Positions 13,456 through 23,844 of a stretch of 64,000 bases of DNA are shown here, piece by piece. Under the pieces are notes generated by a model. That model was not told the origin of the DNA, made no database searches, and saw nothing but the letters and a program-made list of their open reading frames with translations. The position numbers and the translations under genes were made by a program. Source of the DNA: Schmidtea nova (taxonomy: Eukaryota). Position 1 is the stretch's first letter; the number at the start of each line of letters is the position of its first letter. The stretch is from contig CM097883.1 in NCBI GenBank assembly GCA_044892505.1, positions 250,604,001-250,668,000 on the forward strand. Reading direction: 5' to 3'.

Positions 13456-13923
13456 TTGAGGGAATATACAAGTTATTACTCGAAAATGCAAGGCACAATA
13501 AAATTTCGGGCCCGCTGTCGCGAAATGGAAGCAACATGGTCCGACAAGGAAACAGTAGATCGATTGAAAAAGCAAAATCAACTAATGATGCAACAAGCCG
13601 CCGAAGACGCAATGAGATTGCGGGCGTGTCGTGTCTCAATGCGAGAGCAGGAGCTCGTGAATGAGAAACTAAGGGTAGATAGTGGCCTCATCTCGGCCAT
13701 ACTACCGAAATCTCAGCCTCCACCTCAGGAATTGTTCCCGGTGAGAGTGGAGGAAGAAATCGCAGCAGCAGCAGCTCCGACCAAGCCAAAGCGATGGAGG
13801 CCCAGTAAAGGAGCAAGAGCTAGGAATAAGCGTCGCCAAGAAGCGCGAGTATTAGGCCAATTGGGAGTAGAGGCCTCGAAAATCATTGATTTTAACATTG
13901 ATTTGACCAGTACACACATTTGA
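13456..13923 (+). CDS. W1 orfB: ~155-aa coiled-coil protein with an Arg/Lys-rich patch; true start uncertain
   Basis: Open, GC-richer ORF. A ttttag acceptor at 13434 is followed by ATG 13437 in another frame (possible frameshift); the first in-frame ATG is at 13486. Contains KPKRWRPSKGARARNKRRQ. AATAAA follows the stop. Confidence 0.65.
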   Translation: MREYTSYYSKMQGTIKFRARCREMEATWSDKETVDRLKKQNQLMMQQAAEDAMRLRACRVSMREQELVNEKLRVDSGLISAILPKSQPPPQELFPVRVEEEIAAAAAPTKPKRWRPSKGARARNKRRQEARVLGQLGVEASKIIDFNIDLTSTHI

Positions 13924-14249
13924 TGTGATCCTATAATAAATGTTGTTTTATGTTACAATTATAAGTTTTCAATTATGTTTTTTTCAATTTGTTTGTTTGA
14001 ATGAGGATACAGATAAAAATAAAAGAGTTCAAATAAATTAATTGATTAATAAATGAACCACGGTTTAGCGAAAATATTCAAATGGAGATCTCGTATGGAA
14101 AATCCACAGCGATAGAGCGGTTAATTTAAAGGGACAAAAATGGGCAATAAACCTTCTATCGGTAGCACTTGGACCCAGGAGATATTCGGTCAATCATAGT
14201 TTCGTATTGACGACGCTCACTGATTGCGAATACCCACCCATTTGTCCCA

Positions 14250-17200
14250 TTTGAGGCCCTAGGCAAAAATCAATTATTGTGGCCCCTCTAAGATTTTTTT
14301 TTAAATAATAAATAATTTTTTTTTCATGGCTTAGTTTCTAAATTTTGACCAAAGAAAGCCCATTTATAATATTTTTTTTCGTGATTTATTATTTGCAAAA
14401 TTATCAATTAAGGAGTCATAGTTAATTTTTTTGACTAGATCGCTTTCAATTGCCATGATAGCTAAGTGATTTAGTTTTTTTTGGCCAAGTGACGTCCTTA
14501 GGTAGTTTTTGACCCGCTTAAGAATGCTAAATGATCTCTCACCAGACGCATTTGCAATTGGGATTGTTAAAAATTTTTTTAGGATTATTTCAACGTTTGG
14601 AAATGTTGATGATAAACCTTCCATAATTGATGCATACATTTCAGGAAGTGTTAATAATTTTTCCAATTTTACAAAATGAAGGAACTGTTCAACCTCATCT
14701 TTGAATACTAATTGATTTATGTCATCTTTATAGTGTTCAGCTAAATTTGATACACACTGAGCAAATTTTTCTTCAGGCAAATCTAAATCAACAAATATTA
14801 GAAACTTTTCTAATACCTTGTCATAAACTACAGACCTTCTTTTTATTTCAAAGTTAAAAGTATCACAAATTGAGTAAAATGTTTCAACTTTGAATAGTTC
14901 TTTCCCACATAAAATTGTGTCATTATCAGAAGTTTCATCGAATAGTATTTTTCTTTTCCTGTTTCGATTTTTTGCTGTTGAGTATTCTGTACTACCAGAT
15001 AATTCGATTGCTTCTTTTTCCATTTGGTGAAAATATGCATCATTAGTTCGAATACTAAGTATGAATTCTGATAAAGATTTCAATAAATATGTTCCTTTTT
15101 GTAAGTTACATTCTTTGCTTTGTAACGACTTATTGGTGGCATTGATTCTTTGCAATAGCGTATTCCAAAAAATCAATAACAGAGCCGTCTCTAAATCTTC
15201 AAAACTGCTATGTAATTTTTTCGCCTCAATTTTTGCTATGGGTTTTTCAGATGGGTTAATACAAATTTCACCAAGAACAGTTTTTATGGAAAAAATTCAT
15301 TCTTACAGTTAATACAGCTTCAGCTCTAACTGACCATCGAGTGTCGCATATACGTTTTAAACTATGGCTTAATTTTTGATCAGTATTCATTAGCTGATCC
15401 CATCTCTTTGTCGAAGAGGAAAAAAACAAACAAATTTTGAATAAAATCAAAGAATCTAATAGCTTTAGAAAAACATTCTGCTGCTGTATTTCCAACTACA
15501 TTTAAAGAATGTCCTGCGCAAGGTACAAATTCAGCATTTTGCTGTAACATTTAATTTTGGCTTGGAGACCGTTATAAATGCCTGACATGTTCGCAGCATT
15601 ATCATACGTTTGTCCCCGGCAATTATTAATATTCAACCCTAATTCTGACAAGGCGGACAAAATCGTTTTTTCTAAATATGTTGCATCATGATGTTCAATC
15701 GAAATAAAACATATGAACCTTTCTTGAATTTTTTGATCCAGATCTACGTACCTGATAATAATAGTTAACTGGTCAGTATGGCTTGCATCAGGCGTGGAAT
15801 CAACTATAAGAGCAAAATAGTTAGCTTGGTTTATTTCATCAACAATGGATTTTTGTACGGTTTTGCCCATAAGTTCTATAAATTCATCACACGTGCTTTT
15901 AGATAAATAATTAACATGCCCACTTCCGCAATTACTGTATTTTTCTAAGTGAACCTTTAAGAAGTCATCAAATTCAGCCAAATATTCAATACAGCTGAAA
16001 AAATTGCCTCTGGAAGAATTATCATGTCCTCTGAACTCTAAACCCAAACTTCCCAAAAGTTTAACTGTAGCAACGACTCGTTTTAATACCTCTCACCAAT
16101 AAATTGACTCTTTTTCTATTACCTGTAAAAGTTTGGAATCGATGCGACCACTTATTTTAGCACGACGAACATAAGCACACATACAACTTTTATGTTCTTT
16201 CGACTCATCATGTCTTTTCAAAACGTCTACAATATTTTTCCAATCTGAATATCCTGAAACTAGAACATTAGATTTTTTACTAAATAGTTTACAAGCAAAG
16301 CAATAAACAGATTTCGTTGTTTCAGAATAAATCAACCATTCTCTTAGCTCTTGGACTCCGTTTATTTTAGTCGTATAAAAATGTACATCATTTAATTTTC
16401 GGTATATTTGTTGATCATTGTTATCTTTATAACATTTTTTAGAAGACTCTAAATCTCCCACATTTTTGGGTTTTGTACAGATACAATGTTCAATCACATC
16501 ATTAGTAATTATTTTTGGCCATAAACCAATGTCAGTAAAGATAGGATAAGTATTTGTACTTACTACTTCACTCTCAATTTCAACCTCAATGTCATTGGTA
16601 GTGGCAACGCAATTATCACTTGCACCTACTTCTGCACAAAGACTGCTTATCGAAAGATTAACATCGCTATCAGCTATTACTGGTAGTGAAACAGTTTTAT
16701 CTGCAGCCGCAGTACTGGTAGATGGAATATTTTTATCCAAAGACATAAATTTAGCAAGGGAGTTTCTTTGCTTTTCGTTTTCCTTCAATTGAATTTTTTT
16801 CGCAATTGTTTTTGTGCGCCAGACTCGAAAGTTCTTTTCATTTTAACGTATATTTGTCAATATTTTTTTTTTAAATAAAATGGAATAATTGTCGAGTGAA
16901 TTATGAAATATTAAATGACGAAAGCAAGAAGCAACAACGATTGGTTTCGGTAGTTTTAAAAAAACTGTTGATTATTCAGAAAATATCAATCTAAAATCAA
17001 AATTATGCTAATAATCAATACGTACAAATATTTATTTTCAATATTCAAAATCATGCAACGAAAATTTGATGTTAACGTAACAAAATTCAAACAATAAATG
17101 AAATGAAATTGCATATGAAATGCTATGACTATTGTTTGTATTTTTTAAAATAATTTTATTATTTTTCTTTTTAATTTTTCAGAGTTTAAAACCTATTCGT

Positions 17201-17634
17201 GGGGCCTCAAATTCAATTGATAAAATAAAATTAGTAGGCCTTTACAAAATAAAATATATTATATTCAAAAAATAAAATTCAAACCTTGCTTGGATGTTGC
17301 TTTTATCCTATTTGTTATTTTTTCTTATAAATTCTTATAAGTAAAAGAATTTGAACATATTCAAAAAGGAAAAAAGCAACATCCAAGCAATATTTTGTAT
17401 ATCATATATTTTATTTTGTAAAGGCCTACTAATTTTATTTTGTAAATTGAAATTGAGGCCCCAAAAGGTTTTAAACTCTGAAAATTTTAAAACTGTTAAA
17501 GTTTAAAATGTAAAATGCTACGACTATTGTTTTTTTTAAAAAAAAATTATAATTTTTTTTTGTATTTTGGAGGCCCTTATAAATCCGAGGCCCTAGGCAA
17601 ATTCCTAATCTGCCTACAGGTAAATACGCCGCTG
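14250..17634 (-). mobile_element. hAT DNA transposon inserted in the W1 terminal block; left end lost
   Basis: Intact terminus CAGCGGCGTATTT (minus strand, from 17634) and subterminal gaggccctaggcaa repeats at both ends. No matching terminus or TSD on the left. Confidence 0.8.
14364..16841 (-). pseudogene. hAT transposase (ZMYM1-like, TTF-type Zn finger, hATC dimerisation domain), frameshifted
   Basis: MKRTFESGAQK N-terminus; WLIYSETTKSVYCFACKLF; FALIVDSTPDASHTDQLTIIIRYV; CRGQTYDNAANMSG; CDTRWS; GERSFSILKRVKNYLRTSL. Split over at least 4 ORFs. Confidence 0.92.
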
Positions 17635-18184
17635 ATTACCAACGTTACTTAGTGACGGGCAACAAGATGGTTATTACAATGTTTTGTATGTTGAGTTGTT
17701 GATGAGAGCCATGGTAACTTCAAGGTCATATTGACGATCAACAACCCACTAATTAAAACAATAAAATTTAATTTCTATTCTATTTTCATTTCTATCTCTG
17801 TTGTTTTTAGATATTTTAACCGGGATTTCTTCTATAATTTTTAATAAATTATTGTTGGGTCCGCCAAATAGGCTAGAACAACAACAATAGAACGAAAGTT
17901 TAAAATAATAATAAAATAATAAACATAAAAATAGCAATAAAGACAAATTAAAAATAGGAATAAAATAGCAAATAATATTTAATAAGTTTCCAGTAAAAGG
18001 AAATTTTAAAAATAAAACGGTAAATAACAGCAAAGGGGGCCTGAAATAAGAAAATTAAGAATTAAATAAACTAATAGTACAAATAATTAATTAATTACTC
18101 GAAAAACCAGGACCACCCAGCGAGAAACCGGAAAAGGAAATAAAATAATGTTTGGATTTAAATAAAATAATAAAAACACTTTGA

Positions 18185-18245
18185 TGGACGGTCTGATCCT
18201 AATTGGTCAATCCGACCAGCCGGATCAGTATAAATACCGATCCGA
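18185..18245 (+). promoter_or_regulatory. Pol II-type promoter of V (ATTGG/CCAAT box + TATAAATA at 18229-18236)
   Basis: Block conserved in V' at ~32200-32265 (reverse) while flanking sequence diverges. Confidence 0.7.
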
Positions 18246-18527
18246 AAATCACAACTGTTAACTGTTATTTTTAACAAAACTCGTTCACTGACACACACAC
18301 AATTTTTACTTACTTATCGAGCAACCAATTTTTACTCAATTATCAATAATTTCGAGAATCGTTTTTAACCAAATCTTATATTCGAAGAAAAATTCAACCC
18401 AAAACAGGGTACGGAATCGTAACGTTTTATTTTAATTGTATTATAATGTTTTAATGTACCTATGATTTTTATTATTACAATTTTATATCTGATTTTATTT
18501 TTATCATTAATTTAATGCATATAGTTA

Positions 18528-18612
18528 TGCTTCCTAGGCTGCTCACGCGGCAAGGGAGCCCGAGTCGTCGTTGTGGGGCCTCACAGTCTCACGTGGCGGT
18601 TCCACCTTTTTA
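18528..18612 (+). ncRNA. Putative structured RNA element: two hairpins followed by T6
   Basis: GC-rich island conserved with V' 31818-31900; stems retained with compensatory or wobble changes, loops changed. Confidence 0.55.
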
Positions 18613-19323
18613 TGAATTAATAAAACATTTTCAATGATATCATTGACAAGTTTGCGTTAAAAATTTCATAATTCGGTTGCACAGAGGACAGGGCGCGAGA
18701 GATAGCGGGAAAAGATTTGAGGGTTTCCAGAAAGTGTGAAGCCTCCTACGGATGGCAGGTAACCGATGTCCGGTTAATACATTAAGGTTGTTTATTTTTA
18801 AGCCAGGAGATCACATGGGAAGCGAGAAATTTTTAGATTTTCGTTAACAATCGATTTTAGTGAAAAATTTCATAGAGGCCAAAGTCCACAATCAATCTAT
18901 CGACACAATTCAATTAAAATCTAAAATGTAATTATGATTGAATTCCGATCGTATTAGACGGAATTCCAACTAATACTATAAATAACTTTATGCCGATCGC
19001 TGTATATAGCGCGGTAACCCCGAACTTTATTATCCTAAACGTCGTACATGACGCAGGAAGAATTTAAAAATATATTAGTCCGACCGTGGTATATCGCGGC
19101 GAAGAAAAAGAATAGAATATCAATATAAAAAAAATCAACTCGAACAAAGTACAAGGATGAAAAATAAAAATCGAAAAACATGAATATTAGTACAGTTCAA
19201 GTCAATAAATCTTGCACGGAGTAAAACGGGAACGATAGATATCCGACGTGTTATAACTGAGACTAATTTACGGTCCATAATTTCGATTTATAATCTTTAG
19301 AAAATTTTTTCGAGGCAGCACAG

Positions 19324-19824
19324 ATGGCGGTAACAAGCCTAACCCAGATCCTAACCGAGCTCAGAAATTCGATGGACATACCCAAGGAGGGCGAGATGGA
19401 AGACACGCTCAAGGAACTTCCACCTCAAATTCTACGAACCATCAATGCGCAAATGTACAAATGGCGCCAGGGATTCGATAGAAAATGCCCGTTTTCCATC
19501 TGGAAAAAGGGGAGAGATCAGATTCTGTATAGAGGGGCCCCAGATGGCCAATCTCAGATGGCCAATCTCAGATGGCCAATCTCAGATGGCCATTATTCGA
19601 AAAAATTCGGCCAGCTACTGATCCGAATAACTGGCAAGGATAAAAGGGCAGATCAACTAATCTACTGGGGACACATACCGCGAAAGGAACTGCGCAACCT
19701 GAAGCTACAGGAGTTCATTCCTCGAAAGTCCTTCGGAAGGGAAGGCGCAGATGATCAACCTCCGTTTACGTGGGACAGGCTTCGTACAGCCCCAATTAAT
19801 CAGGAATTACATATTCTTTTCTGA
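19324..19824 (+). CDS. V orf1: 166-aa protein of unknown family
   Basis: Open ORF, homologous along its length to V' 30532-31040 (AQMYKWR/AQMFKWR, KCPFSIW/KCPLSIW, WPIS, YSKKFGQL/YSSKFGRL, YWGHIP, PINQELH/PINQGLH). CAG directly precedes the ATG; AATAAA downstream. Confidence 0.85.
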   Translation: MAVTSLTQILTELRNSMDIPKEGEMEDTLKELPPQILRTINAQMYKWRQGFDRKCPFSIWKKGRDQILYRGAPDGQSQMANLRWPISDGHYSKKFGQLLIRITGKDKRADQLIYWGHIPRKELRNLKLQEFIPRKSFGREGADDQPPFTWDRLRTAPINQELHILF

Positions 19825-19987
19825 AAATGACAATTATGTTAATTATATAACAATAAATGTGGTGTTAAATTATAATCTATTTGTTTTCCGTATTGCGTTC
19901 TATATTAATTCACTACAGACTGTTATTAAATTTAAATGATACATCAGCATACGAAAGATGGAACTTTAAAGTTTTCCAATTTTAGAC

Positions 19988-20584
19988 ATGAATTTAGAAG
20001 CCGCCCAAAGAGAGATTGAAAAGATGTGGCGGATCCGGAGAGCCCAGGACAAGGAGTTGGGTCTCCTCAAGGAAAGATTGGCCAAGTCCGAAGCGCAAAC
20101 TGCCTATTTCCGTAAAAGCTGGTTCGCTCCTGCTCGAATGAAGGAGCAGATTGGCAAAACCGAGCGCGCACAACGAACAGCGGACGACTACAAAATGGAA
20201 TGGGAAGCTACGGAAATCGAGCTTCGTAAATGCTTACATTCGGTAACCGCTTCCTACATCGAACAGGAGCTGCGGGATCAAATCCGACCGGTAACTTACC
20301 AAGAATGGACGGCGGAGAAAAAACTGGGAACGTCGATAGGCACAGACGTCGACGGCCTCATCGAAATTAGTAACGAGCAAGAACCATCGATCAATCCTGC
20401 CGCTCAAACTGCCAATACCCATCAGAAACGTAAGCGCATAGGGCAGAAAAGGCGTCGACAAAGAAAGCTGTTCGCTCAACGGATGCAGAACCAAATCGAC
20501 GATCTGCACAAATTAACCGAGAAAGCGCTATTGGACGAAATATTTCCTCCAGCAGGAATTTTTAGTGATTTGATCGAGAAATAA
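19988..20584 (+). CDS. V orf2: 198-aa coiled-coil protein with Arg/Lys-rich patch (KRKRIGQKRRRQRK)
   Basis: Open GC-richer ORF; ttttag acceptor 2 nt before the ATG; AATAAA after the stop; weak similarity to W1 orfB (LRxC..S..EQEL). Confidence 0.75.
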   Translation: MNLEAAQREIEKMWRIRRAQDKELGLLKERLAKSEAQTAYFRKSWFAPARMKEQIGKTERAQRTADDYKMEWEATEIELRKCLHSVTASYIEQELRDQIRPVTYQEWTAEKKLGTSIGTDVDGLIEISNEQEPSINPAAQTANTHQKRKRIGQKRRRQRKLFAQRMQNQIDDLHKLTEKALLDEIFPPAGIFSDLIEK

Positions 20585-21930
20585 ATACAAATTTTGAACG
20601 ATTATCATTCCTATTATTTTCTTCGGTTTAGTTTAATTAATAAAAATAAAGTAAATAAATAATTATGAGAGCACTAGATTAGAAAGTTTCATTCAACGTA
20701 AAAGATAATAAAGAACAATCCTCCGAAATTTTATTGTAAATTACATAGTATGTCATTAAAGCGTAAGTCCTTCAAACGGCCGCAATGAACCCGTAAACAT
20801 AAATGGGGAGTAGTACTAGCAATAGTGCTCACCTGCCCATCATTGTTTAATCACCCTGCGCATCACCAACTTGATTATCCAGGGAAATAATCAAGGGCGC
20901 TTGAGTGTTTAGTTGCACATTTTATGTATGATCATGGATGAGGGATTCCTAGTCATTGTTAGAACATTTTTCATCTAACCCCTCCATGAACCCAGCATTA
21001 TTCTCTTTATTTTGATACTAATTTTATTCTTCAAACATGCTTTTTATTAGCAATGATCTTCCCCATTCAATTCTCATGCGGTCTTTCGTGTGTAAATTGG
21101 ACCTGCATTCAAATTTGTGCTCTCTTTTGAGATGCGTATTTTTCATCGTTTTTCCCTAACTCGAGCGACGTATAAAATGTGGTTAGTATGACTTATATTT
21201 GTGCTTTAATATCCTATTTACTTTGATGCTATTTTCATGTTTAAAACTCTTATGCGTCATCGTGAGCTTTTAATTTAATTTTGAAGTATTAAAACAAAAG
21301 TTGAACCTCACTTCTACCAGCCCAACAATAGTGTTTATGCCGCGGTCTTGCCAATATATTCATCGAGTATGAAAACTATGTTGTGGATGATGTCTTTGTA
21401 GCTAGCTACCCTTGACTAGCCAAGACATGATCGCTATAGACAGCGAAATATTGATGCCCAGATCTAATTGATCTCAACTTTGGGAAACGACCCTTGTGGA
21501 CGCGAGTACTTGCCCAGTGTGTCTTTTAGGCAAAGGCATTTAATCCTCGCTCTTTAGGACTGACAATAATAAAGCACATTTACTTCGCCTTGATAGAATT
21601 TTTATAATAATGATTATTAAAAGTAATAAAAATCCTTAATAATAATTATACCAATTATAATTTATAAGAATTAATAAAAACAAAAAAATTATATTAATAA
21701 ATATAAAAATAATAATACTGAGAAAAAATACCAAATAATAAAAATAATTAATAATAAAAAAGCTTTTAAGAAGTAGTTAATAATAAAAATAATTGTAATA
21801 ATTAATAGTAATAATTATTAGTAATAATAATAAAATTTAATAAAGAAATAAAAATAATTATTAATAAAAATATTAATAATAAATAATATTATCATAATTT
21901 TCTTTTTGTTTCACCTTTGATCTTTTTTAA

Positions 21931-22109
21931 TATTAATACCAATAATTCCCATAATGGTAAGACTATAGATCAAAATTTCTTTAAACAAGTACACAATATT
22001 TCGGGACAGTCTTTACACACTTAATAAAGGCTGTGCCGAAATATTGTGTACTTGTTTAAAGAAATTTTGCTCTATAGTCTTAGCATTATGAGAATTATTG
22101 ATATTAATA
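21931..22109. repeat. Foldback palindrome (family P, MITE-like), ~80-bp arms
   Basis: gactatagatcaaaatttctttaaacaagtacacaatatttcgg ... ccgaaatattgtgtacttgtttaaagaaattttgctctatagtc. Confidence 0.85.
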
Positions 22110-22659
22110 ATAAATAATATACTTAAATACAATTAATAATAATATTATAAAAATAGTTATAAAAAATAATAAAACTTTTAAGAAATATTAATAAAAAAGA
22201 ATTATAATAATTAATAGCATTAATTAAAAAATAATATTAAATAATAAAAATAAAAATTATAAGAATTAAATTGGGGCATTTAAAATGACTTAATCAAAAT
22301 CAAAATGGTGAGTGAAAATTCATTATGTCTTGACCTCGAAAATGTTTTGGTTTTCAAAATCACTTTGATCTTGAAATGACCTTCAATATATTTTGCTTTT
22401 TCAGCTCTTCCCAACCTTCCATTGATCTACTTTTAAAAAATGAAATTTTTAGCCATTCATATGACTATAAAATAATTCGAGGAAAAATGAATAAAAATAA
22501 TATTTTAATGTTTTATTTGTTCATTTAAATAAATTATCACACGATGACAGAATTGAATTGATTACTCTGACCAATGAGGACTACAGAGTGCAAATGCTCA
22601 TGCTTTAATTTCCCATATCGTGTTCCTGTGTTCAACTTCTTATGAATAAACACTGAGAA

Positions 22660-23372
22660 CATTGCACTGCGGATGATTTTAAAAAAGTGGTCCTCCCAGG
22701 ATATCTACAATGAAAGATAATCGCTGTCTTTGTCGACTTTATATACAAGACTCCGTTAGGTATCTTGAAGATTGCAACAACAATAGTCAACTGAGATATT
22801 GTCTTCACTACTGTTCACACGGTTAGAAACAGATTGATCGTCATGGAACTTCATGGCAAAATCTCTCAAAGCAGACCAATAATCAGTGCAGCTAACGTGA
22901 AGCTTGGGTTAGACCGAGATCAGTTATGGTGTTAGGTGGATTCACAAAAGTTGATTTAACAGCATAAAGTAAACTGGCTCATGTTGATGGGAATATAAAT
23001 ACTTCTACTTAAATCGCCCTCCTTCAGTCGCATTTGCTTCCACTGCAACTACTACAATTGGCTATCACATTTCAATAAGATAATTCTCCTGTTCATAAAA
23101 GTCGAATAACTATGCGCTGGCTCCACAATAAGAATATTCCAATTATGGTTTGGCCTCCGCACTCACTCAATCTAAACCCTATTGAAAATAATTGGGCTGA
23201 TATTAAGCAGCAATTGCCGAACCGTGAAATTTATTGGAAACATGACTTGTGGCTGTATGTTCAACAAATTGGATTGAATATCCTACTGACTATTTTACAA
23301 AGTTTGCATACACAATTTCATCACGAATTGCAGCTGTTATTGATGCAAATGGGTCTAATGCACGGTTTTTGA
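22660..23372 (+). pseudogene. Tc1-type transposase relic, internally deleted
   Basis: KSGPPRISTMKDNR; TVRNRL; VMVLGGF; DNSPVHKS; WPPHSLNLNPIENNW (WPPQSPDLNPIENLW motif). Confidence 0.8.
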
Positions 23373-23844
23373 ATCGGTCGCGTTTCATATTCTAGGTCTG
23401 TACTAGGCTGTTTTTTATCATTAATTGTTTCTTATTTGTAATTCATTTGTTGAAAATCCGAGTGAAGACTTTTTACATGTAAATTTTAATATATTGTTGT
23501 TTTTTGCCTGGAAATTGTTAGTTTTATATATAATTTACCTTTTTTACTTTCGGAGAATCTGAGAATTGGCTGTTTTATATGTAAATTTGACTGTGTTGTT
23601 GGTTTAAACCTGAGAATTTTTAAGTTTTACTTTGAATGGACCATTTTTACATTTGACAATCAGAGAGTTGACTCTTACGTGGAAATTGTACTGTTTTAAT
23701 GCTTGACTATGTAATGATTATGTAATATACACACATGGGGTAGTGGTTCAGACTCCTCACGTCCACCTACTACAAAACTTCAAACGCCTTTTTCGTGCCA
23801 AAACCGGCCCGATCGAGTTTTTAGTGAAACAATAGATAGACAGA

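Larger units (their letters stand above)
4825..17751 (+). mobile_element. W1: ~5-kb TG...CA-type element (net of nested W2 and hAT) inserted in U2
   Basis: atta|TGTCGGGC at 4821-4832 and CCCACTA|atta at 17745-17755 (W2 has CCCACCA). The empty site in U1 reads gatttattaaaacaa. Confidence 0.85.
17853..20997 (+). mobile_element. V: 3.15-kb TG...CA element with two ORFs, inserted in U2
   Basis: ttat|TGTTGGGT ... ACCCAGCA|ttat. The empty site in U1 reads ttaataaattattctc. Confidence 0.9.
3784..21327 (-). mobile_element. U2: ~1.47-kb TG...CA element split by nested W1 and V insertions
   Basis: atag|TGTTGGT at 3780-3790 and CCCAACA|atag at 21321-21331 give a perfect 4-bp TSD. Removing W1 and V restores a sequence colinear with U1. 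Confidence 0.85.

Noticed and set aside
17749-18033. 94-aa hydrophobic ORF (likewise 5726-5923, 32325-32579, 38172-38516)
   Set aside because: AT-rich F/L/I-biased frames without conservation; 17749-18033 also crosses an element junction.
18222-18243. Stem-loop as a CRESS/rolling-circle origin
   Set aside because: The loop is not a NANTATTAC nonamer and no Rep gene is present; it reads better as a TATA box.
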